A stretch of 64,000 nt of DNA from Selaginella moellendorffii (lineage: Eukaryota > Plantae > Lycopodiophyta), in contig NW_003314268.1 of assembly GCF_000143415.4 (NCBI RefSeq), positions 537,120-601,119 of the forward strand, in the 5' to 3' direction. The notes beneath the pieces were generated by a model. That model was given only the letters and a program-made list of their open reading frames with translations. It was not told the DNA's origin and did no database searches. The position numbers and the translations under genes are program-made. Shown here one piece after another: positions 23,238 to 36,640 of this stretch (within the stretch, counting starts at the first letter, position 1; the number at the start of each line of letters is the position of its first letter).

Positions 23238-23879
23238 CATTAAGATTCTAGCTCAAGAATTTATAATCAAGCACAAGACTTCAACACCGTACTACCCTCA
23301 AAGCAATGGTCAAACAGAGTTTACAAATAAGACATTTAAGAATATCCTTAAGAAAATCGTGAAGATAAATAAAAAAGACTGGGATGATCACATCCACAAC
23401 ACTCTATAGCATATCAAACCATATATAGGGTTTCAACAAATTCGACATAAGTCGCCTAAAGCATAAAAGCTTTGACACCACTCAAGTACATCATCACTGC
23501 AAATGGCAATATATTATGAGATCAACTAAGAAAAATCAATCAAGAGAAAACTACCAACACTAGAAAAGCTTGACAAAGAAGACTATAAATAATTTAGACA
23601 CTTGATGCCATTCAATCTTGAAAAAAAACCAACCATGATAGAAAAAAAAGACTAAAGAAAAATAAAGAAAATGATCAAGTACTCTAGTTTGGAGGAAACA
23701 TTGAGAAAATTGACTCTAAAGTAAAGTCAAGATGGGAAGGACCATTCCTCATCCAAAAATTCAAAGCTTCGGGAACAGTAGCAATCACAACACTCGATGG
23801 CAAGCATCTCTAAATTGTTAACCTCAACAAGCTCAAGAAATACTAATTGTATGACTCAAATATCATCAACAACAACCTT
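23238..23879 (+). mobile_element. 642-bp spacer: decayed Gypsy integrase C-terminus (repeated at 35830-36471)
   Basis: Translates as KHKTSTPYYPQSNGQTEFTNK...KKDWD and KSRWEGPF...VNLNKLKKY with stops. The second copy looks identical by eye. Confidence 0.85.
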
Positions 23880-25482
23880 GAAGCTCTATTTCGTTAAAGT
23901 GGGATTTATTCAGTAAAATGGGACTAGGTACAAATTTTCAAGTATTTGAAAATGACGTGAAATTATATGTTTTTTGTCCAGGGGCTAGACATATCTGGGG
24001 CATGGTGACTAGCGCGGTGACTTTGTGTCCAGACTGAGTCCATCTGGTTGTATAATAAATCTCATTGTCAAGGTGAACAAGCCGAATCTAAAGCTAAAGA
24101 AGAGCGATGGCATGCGCACACACACTATTTGTTTGTTCATTGAGCGTGTGGTGAGCTTTCCAAGATGAACGTCATTCCTATTAGCCAGACATATAACTTA
24201 ATGGTGAGAACATTTAGATATTATTCAATGTTATCTTTTTCTAACGAATCTAATTGTGAAGGTGTAGCAAGAGGCATTGCTAGTCTGGAGAAGTCATTTA
24301 ACTCATTTGACCCTTAGTGTATTTTCATGAAACTATATTAAGGAATTTCTCTAGTACCTTTTTTTTACGACATAGAGGCTTGCATTTCTTTCAAAGGTGA
24401 TTTAGTAAAAGGCCTGAGGGCACATGCCATTCTATTTCTCAGACCGGTATTAAGATATACTAGTGCAAAGGGAAAAAGGTATTTGGTGATCAAGTAAATG
24501 GCATGAGGGCACACGCCATTATAAGCCTAAGTGCTAGTGGACACCTCCTTTTTGGTATTCTCAGCGGTACTATCATCCTTCTCCGGGTCAGTTGTTTTGC
24601 TTTGGATTGTTGTCTCTGACGTTACTGGGGCGTTCTCGATAGTTGTTAATATTGCCGTTTGTTCAGAAAAATGATCACCTGGAGTATAGTACGGGGAGTT
24701 TGGAAGACTTATATATTCTACATCTTCACCTATCTCCTTCTCCGTCTCCTTTTCTGCCTCACTTACAGATTTTGTGCTTGCCATGAGAACGCTCTTCACC
24801 CTAAAATATGGAGTTCGTTGTGTTATAAAAGGAAACCAACACACACGCTGCAAGGGAATGATGGTACATAAAGCACGTAAGCCCACAATATGGGTTTATG
24901 TGCCATTAATATGGGCCACACGCCATATTATTAGATTTATGCACGTGTGATTGGTAAATGCATATGTTACATCATCTTTGTTTTACCTCACACACTATAT
25001 CAGGCCTAATGAACCATATCACATGTGTGCACATGCTATATATATGGAGAAGTATTATGCAAGGATAGAAAAATTCAATGCATGATTGTGGAGAGCAATG
25101 GCATGAAGCCACATGCTAAATAACATTTTAGAGAAAGAATTAAAATAAAAACATGCAAACAGTACTTAGAAGTGCACAATTGAATGAGGTATTTCTAATA
25201 AATATTTCACTCACCTCATATAAGAATGGCTACCACTCTCAAATGGCGTATCGCCTCATGCCATCACCTCGCAATTTATTATAACAATCCGATGAATTCA
25301 TATTCGGCTTGTTCACCTTGAACTTTAAGTAAGATTTGCTAGAACAACTAAGAATTTATACTTGTTATTTGTATCATCTCACCTAGGAATGGCGTAAGGC
25401 CACATGCCATCACGCCTCCTCTGATTCAGATTCGGATTGTTCACCTTGAAATAAAATACATTAGAAACTTAGTAAAGGAATA

Positions 25483-28400
25483 TTAATGAATCTCACCTTG
25501 AACCCGGGTTATGAATGCTTTTGCTGCATCTCTTGCATGGTCTGGCAAGGTGATGGTGGCACTCTGCTTCCGCATCCAACCATGCACAACATTATCCACC
25601 AATATGCTCATGCTGGGATCCCTTGGATTCAGCACCCATCTCTTTTCTAGGCAATCCTTCGTATATCCGGAACTTGGCTTGAACCACTCCACAGTTACAT
25701 TGAAGGAGTTAGTTTCCGCGTCCTCCTTTGCATCAGTGATGCAACGCCCCACGCATATCATTTGTTTTTTATTACTGGGTCTAACAAGCACGACCATTCC
25801 TTTGCAGACCTGTACTGGATTGAATGCTGAATCCAGCTTCTTGTTCCTCGGCCCACAATAGTGATCCTCAACATCGTTATCTGTCACTGCATTTCCAGAG
25901 GACATTGTTCCGCTACTATCTGGTGCTCTGGGTTCTGGCCAAAAGGACTCTTCCAATTCTTCATATACAACCGGCCCATTTTGGATAGCAGATATAATCT
26001 TCTCCCAGTATTCGAGCAAATGCTTGCACCTCTGAAAATAGGATTCTCCACCAAACACCAACCCCCTCTTCCAGAAGGCAATATGCTGTCTAATCCCGGC
26101 CACTATACTTTCCTGGTCTTTGAGTCCATCCGGGTGCATCGGCCGTGGGGAACCCTGAGGAATCATAGGTTCCCCAGTTATGGGATCTCTCTTGAAGAGT
26201 TCAATGCCGTCCACTGGCAGCCACACTGTGTCCCATTCACTCATCTTGTACCTCATCACTGGAGCACCGTCACGCATGCTGAAATGAAACTGAAGAGGCT
26301 TGGAGTGGCCAATCAGCGTTTTGGATCCGTCCCTGATGTAGCCTCTTACAAACCCCTTAAAGTCTGGAACCTCTGTCACAAGTGCAGCTTCAACAGTGCC
26401 TTTGATGCAATTTTGGAATTCATCGTAGAGTTGTGGGAGGGTGAGGACATTGGATCGCCGGAGGGACTCTGCCAGGTGATTGAACATGGCATCGACGTCT
26501 TCATGAGTGTGCCCAACCATGAGAAAGCCAAGTGTAACCGTTTCAAATATGCCTTTGGCAACAAGCATCGCCAAGTACGCGAAGACGTACATATTTTTGT
26601 TCTCACTGCCAGCATTGTCTGTTTGGAGCAGAAGATGGGGTGGAAGGCCACATCGGCCGCAAGAACTTCCTTGAGATTCTGCTTCGTTTGGATGAGGCTG
26701 TGCATTCACCGGGCGACCAGCCTCGTCGGAATGGCATGAGGCCTCACGTGATAACCCTACAATCTGACGGCCAACATATTCACTGGGATGGCATGGGGCC
26801 CCACGCGATACTGCAAGCCTTTGCTCCTCCTCCAGCTGAACCCTGTATGGGGTTCGATCGACAAGGGCCTTATGCAAGGGTTGGCCGTTCAGCTCAGTCT
26901 GCACACTTTGTAGAGACCTTAAGTGTTTTGCTAGGGACGCAATCATCATGTTTGCACCCCCGCCACCCCATAGAGGTACAAAGAAGTTCCCATAGTTCTG
27001 GGCACCATGCCCATGAGCGATTATGCCAAACAGAGACACAGGCAGCTGCATGGATGAAGAGATTGCCTTGGGGGCAGGATTGAGTCGAGGTAAGCACATC
27101 TTTTTCTGGTCCATTTTGTCGTGGATGATGCAGAGGTAAGAGTCAGGTCTCTCCATGGAGAGAATCCTGTTATGATAATATGCAGTCCTGCAGCTTCTCT
27201 GCTCGATGTTGTGGTCGAGCCGCCTTCTAACCAATGTCTCTCGCTCTTGAGCGCTGCAAGAATTCTTCGACAAAGCCATTTTGATAGCAATGCACTCGTC
27301 ACACTTTGAAAAGCTGAAGTACTTTCCTATACTCACATCTCTGAACCTGTTGCTCCACAATCTACTAAATCTAGATTGGCTCAGCTTCCTGTAGCCATTA
27401 CTCTGGAGTTCCCGATTCACATCTTCCAATATGGCCCCCTTGGTATACATGGAAGGGAGAACTCGTTGGGTGTCTCGTGTTCCATCTTCCAAGAGGCGGG
27501 TTTTATGTGGTTGCTGCTCGCTACATGTCTCGACAAACCTCTTGAAGATTGCCTCTCCATATACAACATGACCCCTGGTTTTGTGCGTACCGTCGTTCCC
27601 ATGGACTGCCTGTTGAACCCTTTGTTCCTCGAACTCAGTTTTGATTCTGTAGAATGTGGTTCGAGGGACTCCATAAATGATTCTCCATGCCTTCATGCAG
27701 ACCAAACCCCTCTAGAAGACCATGCCCCCCACCTGATGTTCTGAAGCATCAACAGATGACCGTAATGCCTCATACACAAAATTGCGAGCTGCCTTCCAGG
27801 ACAATGTCTTGTATTTTGCTCTCTCCTCTTCAATAGCATCCCAATCAGCATGTTGACAGCACCTCCTCTTGCAACAAGCAACTGTTGAGACCATTCGAAC
27901 CTCTATCGCCATTTTCTGCCTTTTCGGTTTGTTGCTCAGATCCCTTTGGCTGCACTTTAGGAAGGTGTACTTTCTTTTCCCATGAAGAGATGTTCTGTCA
28001 TCAGTTGTAGTGGTGTTTGATTGTGAATCCTTCACATTCTCAAACACTAAGTGCCTCAATTTCCACCGCACAATGCTTCCAATAGTCAGACTGTTTTCTT
28101 CTGTGTCAACAACCTCTAAAATCGCAACTCCAATATCATCCCAGCCCAATTCTTGATTAGCAACCGCATCTCTTGGATCGACAACTGTGGCTAAGCCCTC
28201 AGCTACCACCTCCCCCTCGGGGTTGTTTAGAAACACCTTTGCCTGAATCCATGTAGCATGGTTCTTAAGATCCACGAAGGGAACATGCGTCGCACTTGCG
28301 CTGTCCCCAACATCTGCTTTCTTCTGAAGATTTTTCAAGGCAACAACAACATTTACCCCGACGACCATCTCTCCTCGTTCAATAGCGACCACATTCCCAT

Positions 28401-28551
28401 CGAAGAAAGTCTCTACTGATACAGTAGCATTGCCTTCCCCAAGCCCTTGACAGTGTATAACAAAGTTCCAATCCATAGACACAAGGGTCCCTTTTGCAAC
28501 TCTCTTCCCACCATTCAAAATGTAAACCTTTTCCCCAACCCTGAAGGCCAT
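25483..28551 (-). pseudogene. Sola-type transposase, copy 2, split by one premature stop
   Basis: The 279-aa and 740-aa ORFs are in the same frame. TAG at 27712-14 corresponds to CAG in copy 1. Confidence 0.85.
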
Positions 28552-29863
28552 TCTGAAAGTGCAGAAAAAAAGTTAAGACCATACAAAAAATGATTGGAGA
28601 ATGGCCTAAATCATAACATACCAAACAACCTCAATAGCATTGATATGTCACAATGCCCCTAGGACCATAAACACATTTCAATAGAGAGGGTCCTTTCATT
28701 TCATAACTCCTTACGTAGATCTTGGTGAAACCAAAGTTAGTGAAGTTAGTTTCTTGTGATCCTGCATCTGATTGTGATGTCCCTTTGCAGTGTCGATGGA
28801 AAGGTCAATGCACACCAAACTGTAAAATCTTGGAGCAAAATAACGGTCGGATCTATGGCAAATGCCCCTGAAACATTGTAAGGCTCGTGTGGTCTCATGT
28901 GGTGTCTGATCGAGATGCTTCTTTGCAGGGTCATCAAGAAAGACATTGTATACCATTCTGTAAAATCTAGTTGTGATCTAACGGTTGGATCTCCAGAAAA
29001 CTCCAAAAAATCTCGCGCGTGTTAGAATATTCTAGGAATATACTCCTATGTGCCCCTGAAAATGGCATGCGGCCCCACGCCATTCAAGAGATAACGCCAG
29101 ATGACGCCGAGCATTTTTTGGTGCATTTTTTGGGATCAAAATTGCATGAGCACAAAATTACATTGTATACCATTCTTTATTTAGCTGAACATCTGGCATT
29201 TTTGGAAATACAAGATGCTTTGGAATATCCAATCATGCATGGTATAAATATAGCGAGGGTATTAAATGATATCCCAATCATGATCTTTCTTTTGGATTTC
29301 GCGTGCATGCAGTCTGAGGAATGATGACGTTGTGGATTTCTTTTGGATTTCACGTGCATGCATGCGCGCGGCGACCCAGAAATTAATGGTGGCGCCCAAG
29401 TCCGAGGAATGATGACGTGGCGGGATTACCAACCGTCGTGACATTTCGCGCGTGTGAGGTTAGGTTTTGCATTTTGCTTCGTACTCGCGCTCGCACACTC
29501 GCGCTCGCATCGCGCTCCCACTTGCAATCACGCTCACATTCGCGTTCATCTACCTTCTCTACAGGTTTCTCGTGTGCATCGGCGTCCACTCGCGCTTGCA
29601 TCACACTCGCGCTCACATCGCACTCGCATCGCGCTCGTGTGCATCGGCGTCCACTTCAAGACACACCCAGTTTGTAACTTCGCCGCCAACTCCGCCGCCC
29701 ACTCCGCCACCCACACGCAGCCCACTTGGCGTCCCGGGAGATTTCAGCGCCACTCTCCAACTGTAAGTGGCAGAGTAGCCTTGCTGCTACGATCCGCTAC
29801 ACACACAGTGCACATTCGCCAGCGAGTCCGGCCTCGATTGTCACGGCCTCCATTCGGCTTCAA

Positions 29864-32800
29864 ATGGTAAGTCTTTTAGGCCAAGTAGAAAATGGCATGA
29901 GGCCACATGCCATTCAGTAGCAACATTGGCATGCACCGATTGGGCTCTCGAGTGCAGTCCGGTTATAGATGGCGTGTAGCCTCACGCCATCTTAGGATGC
30001 AGCCTCAAGACATCTGATGCAGTGGTGAATGGCATGTGGCCTCACGTTATTTCCAGCTGCTAGCTTTTCATCTGTCAGCTCTAATTGTTGTGCATTTCTG
30101 AACAGGCGAGGAATTGCGTTCTTCTTCCAGCCACTATCAATGTGGATGCAGAGAAGGGGGAGGAGCTCACCAGTTGGACTTTCGGGATGGAAGGCGAGGA
30201 TCTGAGGCTGTACAACACAGATGGTGGGAGAAAAGAATGCATGGGGATCCTCATCCAAGTGACAGACACTCCATGCAGTTCCATGCAAGAATATGGACTG
30301 GCACTTGTGGTAGAGACAGCGTCCGCCTTCAAGATCCACCTTGCACATCCTAGCGGCTTCCCGGAGGGGGGCAGCAGCTATGAGGAATTCCTAGAGGGAG
30401 CTAGGGAGAGGTTGTCCAGGAGGCCCATAATTTCAAAGACGCTGCGGGTCTATGAAGATCACATGGAATCCACGGACCTCACCTATGGCGATGTTCAAAA
30501 ACTATATTCCAACATTGAGCCGTTGAGAGTGCCTCCAGTTCACGAAGCGAAGGGGAAGGGGGTCGATCTGGAAACTACCCCGAAGCAGAAAAGGGTGGTC
30601 AAGCTCAAGCCGACGTCCGACTCTCCTGCAGCTCCAAAAAAGAAGCTACTCGGTGATGCCATTGCCTCGGGTTCGAACACTACACCCACCAAAAAGAAGA
30701 GCCGCAAAGAGCAGAAAGAGCAAGAAGAGGCAGCAAAAATCGTCGCAGATAATAGTACTTGTTACTATTCCAACAAAGTATATACAATCGACGTGAGCCG
30801 TATCGAGATCCAAAGCAAATACAACCACAGGCTAGTATCTGATGAGTGGGTGGAGAAACTGAAGTAGAAGATGCTGGCAAGTCTAGTAACACCCGACATC
30901 GCAGACGTGATCCCCTACTACCGAACAATGAAGGGCGAGACAAGGTTTCCAGACTTGATCAATAGGAAGGTGTTGGACGATCAGAACATCCGGTTCTATG
31001 CCGTCTCCGGGCTTGGCGATGCAAAAGATAGTTGTGGATATTATGGTGGGCGAGGAGGTGAAGAAAGTCTTCAAGACAAGAGTTGTCCGCCTGATAAAAG
31101 GCAACTCGCCCCTCCGATCTATCATATCCATCTCCCACGCGCAGAATGTTAAGCAAGAAACGTGCTACAAATTGGGTCTGCATGAGACATTGGCACGAAC
31201 ACGGAAGCTCTGGGTTCAACTGAAGAAGCCACAAAAACCAGGACAAGGACGTGCACTAGCAACTAGCGCCTGGCAGGTAAGCCTCGTTGCATGTGGCATA
31301 GCATGTGGCCTCACGCCATTTCCATTGCAGGAATTCTCGAGTCTTCTCTCGAAAACACTGGGGGTCAATGACACACTCAACATCCATAACATTCTACTCG
31401 CGACAAAAGTTGTTTTTGACAAATGGGTAGATGTGCTGAGGAGGTACCATGACGGGGAGTTGCTAAACTCAATGGGTGTGGAGGACGGCCGGAAGCCCAA
31501 TGATTTGAAGCTCAACGCCTTGCGTTTCTCGCGGTCTCTAGACGACGACAACCTTCTGACAGTGGCTAATGCTCTTCTACATGGTGAGGTAGTCTTCAAC
31601 AAGACCAAAATGACTCCCGGCCATATTGTGACATACGAGGACTTGTGCACGACTCTGAGAGCTCGTGCGCTATTGAAGGATTGGATCTTCGAGCAAGTGG
31701 AGTGAGCATCGACACCACGCAAGAGATGATGGAAGAGCTGGAGTTGTCAAATGAAGACATCGACGACTACGTGAAGGGGGCCCCCAAGTTCATCGATCTG
31801 CTGCGGGATGCCATGAAAAGTAAAGCTGAGAAGTTGGATCAGTATCCAAATTTCATTAAGAGGGATGTCGACCGCCGGCTTCAGAAACAACTCAACCCCG
31901 CAGCAGAGGCCTATCGAGAACCTTACCGGGTATACGTGAATTCAGATGAGGATCAAAGGTGGAGGAGCATCGTTTCCCGCGGAGATGAGCAGGTCAAGAA
32001 CATCTTTTGTGTGATGGACTTCACAAACGAGGAGATCACTCATGCAGATGAAGTCAGCTCCATCATTGACTTAATGGTGGGACTTGCGGAGGTGGAATCT
32101 TCAGTCCACTATATGATCTACGACTCCGAATCCTATCACAAGTTCTAGAAGGCCTTGAACGAGGTGAAGGCTCGGTTGAAAGGCAAGGAGATGCAGGAGA
32201 TCCATGGGATAATGGCTAAGAAGAAGATACCGATGAATGTCCGCATCTTCACACTCGCCCTTGTTATTGGTCCTGCAGCAGAGTGGGACTGGAGTGACTT
32301 CCCAGCTTCGTTCGACAAGGCCGATCGAATTGATCTGAGGGAGGTCAATTTACCCGTGCCTGAGGAACTGAAGACGGCTATGGAGCTTTCGAATCCAGAG
32401 AAAGCTCCAGGTGCAGCATGGGAAATGCTCAACTGGGTCTTCAACGCAATAGCACCTGCTTCCGACTCCAAGGGCAAATGCGTTGTCGAGTACAACTGCG
32501 GTGGACTATTCTTTCGAGCTGCACTACTCAAGGGTGTCCTGTGTGTTGCGGTGACAAACTCCATTGAAGAGGTGACTTCAATGAAGCATATAATTACAGT
32601 TGCCAAAGAAAAACAGTATCTTCTCTGCGAACCTGGTGAGTACGCACTTTAAGTTTAAATGTTATCTCACAAGCTCTGTATGCAGGAGCGTGGCCACCGC
32701 CAGATGCTGAAACAGCGTTAACAGCTACTATTGGGCCGAGCTCACAACCTGCACAAGGTAAGGTCACGTGAGGCCTCACGCCATTTTGATTATAGATCGT

Positions 32801-33675
32801 TGTGAATATTCAGACACGAGGACTGAAAAGCGCACTGGTGGCGTGTCGAAGAAGGACAAACAGACAAGCAATAGGAAAAAAGGAGGTACAAATTATATTT
32901 GCAATGGCGTGTGGTCTCATGCCATTCCTTGCAGGAGACACTTCTTCAAAGGCAAAACAGGCAAGCACCAGCCAAGCTCAAACTGACAGTGGTCATAAAA
33001 AGCGAAAGCACGTTGGACAGTCGTCGGGATCAGAGGTGTTTGATTCGAAAAGGAAGAAGGGCAACGAAAAGATGATAGGTAATACCTCGCGGTCACCACC
33101 TCCTGACTCAAATTCCTATGGCGGACTCCCCTTCCCCAATCTCAATGGAGAGGTACAATGGATGAGGGATGCTTTTCAAGTCAGGGCCACGTTTTTCTCA
33201 TCTCGTCGTCTTTAAAGGGTGCAAGAACGTGCAGAAACCATGTTAAGACAGTCGGGTGAGGATACGGTCCTAGGTCACGCACTAAAACAGGCTATGGATG
33301 TCTTGTATTTTGAGATGGAGACTCGACCAGATGATTTTCCCAAGATGGTCCTGGAAGAACAAGCCATCCAACCTGAGCAGCCTATGGAAGAAATGCAGGA
33401 GGGGGATGAGGAGCCAGAGAAAGATAATGAGCAGGAAGAGCAGAAGGACGAAGAGGAGGACGAAGAAGAGGAGGACGAAGAGGACTTGGATGGTCCTCAC
33501 AATGGTGACGATCACAATAACAACGACGACGATGATGACGACGATGGCCAGCCTAAGGTGGCCAAAGAGCAGCGGAGGAAGGTCATACAAGACAAACCAT
33601 CAGGTAAATAATAGTACATCCATTCCTAACCTTTTACCATTTCTAACATTGTCCATGTAGGTTGCAAAGCAAATG
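29864..33675 (+). pseudogene. Cargo gene, copy 2 (ParB-like + MTase-like + acidic tail)
   Basis: Same exon structure as copy 1. Stops at 30865, 32146 and 33213. An 11-bp deletion at about 31012 removes QHSS of the GQH motif, and there is a 10-bp deletion at about 31700. Confidence 0.75.
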
Positions 33676-33761
33676 GTAAGTAGAGATTATTCAGTTGAAT
33701 TAAGATACAAACTCTAGCCTTTAGTGTCGAGGAAGGATAGTGCCAAGCAAGGTCGAAACGT

Positions 33762-35376
33762 ATGTCCAATCCTTCAGAATCAGCAGTGCGCCCAAGTGAT
33801 ATCGGTCCTAGTTCCTTAATAACAGTTGATGGTAAATACAGTATAGTCGATTCAATGTGCTAATGAGTTTGTTTTTAGTAGCCAGTAGGGAGGATACCAT
33901 CTCAATCGAAGGGAGATATTTGGACATGCATATGGATCCGCCAGTGGACTCTACTTGCCTGCAAGAGTCATCAGAGCTGGTGGAGGCTACTATCCATATC
34001 AATGCCAAGCAAGCTGACCACGCTCCACTTGATGCTGCCCATACCACTGAGTCAATCTTGTCTACGTATCCAACTGACGGTGACCAGGCGCCATTGGACC
34101 CGCATGAGGCCGCCCCAGCCGCCGAGCCGGTCGTATCCTCATTTCCAACGGACTCAACGTGTGCCCAATCGTCTGACTACGCGCCGTTGGAACCTCCCTA
34201 CACCGCCCCTGCTGCCTGTTCAGTCATGTCCACTTTGCCAACGGAGGCACCAGCTGAAATGGCGTGTGATCACACGCCATCGGAACCACCCCATGCCACT
34301 GTTGAGCCAGTTGTACCAGAGTCTACAGCTGAAATGGCATGTGCCCACACGCCATTGGATGCGATTGACCCCACATTGCAGAGGAGAGTATTTCCGCCCT
34401 TCACGTTTCCTCGACCAAAACCCTCTGAACGACCATCGGGAGCACCATTCGCTAATATTGTAGATGGTAAAATTGACTTGTACCATTTTTTATGCTGACG
34501 CATTTCATTTCAGAGTCACGGCGAAAGTACTGTATCGTTTTTGATCTGAACGGTGTCCTTTTCTCCCATGAGCGTGGCTCGTCCTCGAATGTCACTGCAC
34601 CCTCCAAAGCCTGCGGTCGCAAGTTGGTCAAAAGAGACAGATTCACATTAATCACACGGGAGAAACTACGGGATCTAATAATGACCATGCGACACTTAAA
34701 ACAGAGGGCCGGGTTCAATTTGCAATTGGGAGTTTGGACATCCATGATGCGCCACAATGCATTAACGTTGCTACAGATGATGCACGATCAGACGCGAGTA
34801 ATATTACCATTTGACTTTCTCCTAACGCAGGAGGATTGCTTGACTATGGTCCATGTGAGGGGTAGCAAGCCCATCTTCGTCAAGCCAGAGGCTGTAGTGA
34901 TGAACCGGACTGCTAGGTCAAGTGAAATCCTCATCATCGATGACTCGCCGATTAAAACTGCAGCGAACACGCACACATATGCAGTGCACCCCATCTCTTG
35001 CAGTATGGAAACTAGGGAGAAGAAACCGTATGTTCTGGGGGACCTTGCAAAACGGCTTGGAGCGATGGTGATAGAGAACCAGCCAGTCCAGGAGGTGGCT
35101 GCAGAAATCAACCAAATGGCAGATGGAACGGTATATCAGAAGCCATTTGATCGGACAGACACCAGTCATCATTTATGGCATGTATATTGTCTAGCCAAGC
35201 ACTATCCGCATCTCCATAATCTGCTCAACCGGATGGGTTCTTCGACCACTGAACATGAGCGTGGACGTATTAGAGAAGAGATGGCATTACTATTGGGTTT
35301 AAATCCTGATAGTGTGGAGAGTGATGAAATTCCAAGATTATTGTATAGGCGTTGGAGGCAAAAAATAACAGTTTGA
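33762..35376 (+). CDS. FCP1/NIF-family HAD phosphatase-like protein, copy 2
   Basis: Near-identical to 21170-22784, with DLNGVL and IIDDS motifs. Confidence 0.75.
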
Positions 35377-36471
35377 GATGGCATGTATTTATTTAAAAAT
35401 GTAACTTATTATGGCATGGGGTTCCATGCCATTGTATTAATATTAAAAGACAATTCTTTGAGAGGATTTGCATTATACTAGAAGTGTTACAACATGTTAC
35501 AACATGTTATTGGAAGTCTACGAAGTTGTTTTATTAATAAGGGGAAAGTAAATATTGAATGGGGACTTGGGCTCCACCTAGACTCGGAGCAACTGAGCCA
35601 ATATTAAAAGGATGGAAAGAAATTGGACAACGATGACAAGGAGAAGAGAGAGGTGAAGCAGTGGCAGGGGGAGGAGAAGTGATTGAGTAGACATTTCCTT
35701 GTTTAAAATAAAATGGTATGTGCCTCAATGCAGTTGAATTTTGTTATATTTATATACTATATAAAGGTTTGGAAACCTTATTTTACAAGTGGGATAATGA
35801 CAATTCCCACTTTAACGAAATAGAGCTTCCATTAAGATTCTAGCTCAAGAATTTATAATCAAGCACAAGACTTCAACACCGTACTACCCTCAAAGCAATG
35901 GTCAAACAGAGTTTACAAATAAGACATTTAAGAATATCCTTAAGAAAATCGTGAAGATAAATAAAAAAGACTGGGATGATCACATCCACAACACTCTATA
36001 GCATATCAAACCATATATAGGGTTTCAACAAATTCGACATAAGTCGCCTAAAGCATAAAAGCTTTGACACCACTCAAGTACATCATCACTGCAAATGGCA
36101 ATATATTATGAGATCAACTAAGAAAAATCAATCAAGAGAAAACTACCAACACTAGAAAAGCTTGACAAAGAAGACTATAAATAATTTAGACACTTGATGC
36201 CATTCAATCTTGAAAAAAAACCAACCATGATAGAAAAAAAAGACTAAAGAAAAATAAAGAAAATGATCAAGTACTCTAGTTTGGAGGAAACATTGAGAAA
36301 ATTGACTCTAAAGTAAAGTCAAGATGGGAAGGACCATTCCTCATCCAAAAATTCAAAGCTTCGGGAACAGTAGCAATCACAACACTCGATGGCAAGCATC
36401 TCTAAATTGTTAACCTCAACAAGCTCAAGAAATACTAATTGTATGACTCAAATATCATCAACAACAACCTT

Positions 36472-36640
36472 GAAGCTCTATTTCGTTAAAGTGGGATTTA
36501 TTCAGTAAAATGGGACTAGGTACAAATTTTTAAGTATTTGAAAATGACGTGAAATTATATGTTTTTTGTCCAGGGGCTAGACATATCTGGGGCATGGTGA
36601 CTAGCGCGGTGACTTTGTGTCCAGACTGAGTCCATCTGGT
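36472..36640 (+). mobile_element. Truncated third copy of the transposon (left TIR plus ~140 bp)
   Basis: Matches 23880-24048 except for one SNP. Homology ends abruptly after ccatctggt. Confidence 0.9.

Larger units (their letters stand above)
23880..35829. mobile_element. Large TIR DNA transposon, copy 2 (11,950 bp)
   Basis: Both TIRs are complete. Colinear with copy 1 at roughly 98-99.7% identity by eye. Lacks the LTR insertion. Confidence 0.88.

Noticed and set aside
4660-23245. Target-site duplication for the DNA transposon
   Set aside because: Flanks are CCTC/CATT (copy 1) and CCTT/CATT (copy 2), with no exact duplication. The left flank of copy 1 and the spacer come from different integrases, so the ends have been rearranged.
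23880-35829. Copy 2 as a pure assembly artefact
   Set aside because: It has private SNPs, indels, a replacement block and an empty LTR site. Only the near-identical right end and spacer remain open to doubt.
4671-36640. The 169-bp terminal direct repeats as LTRs of one giant element
   Set aside because: No TG...CA, PBS, PPT or RT; the repeat is simply the TIR-bearing left end.
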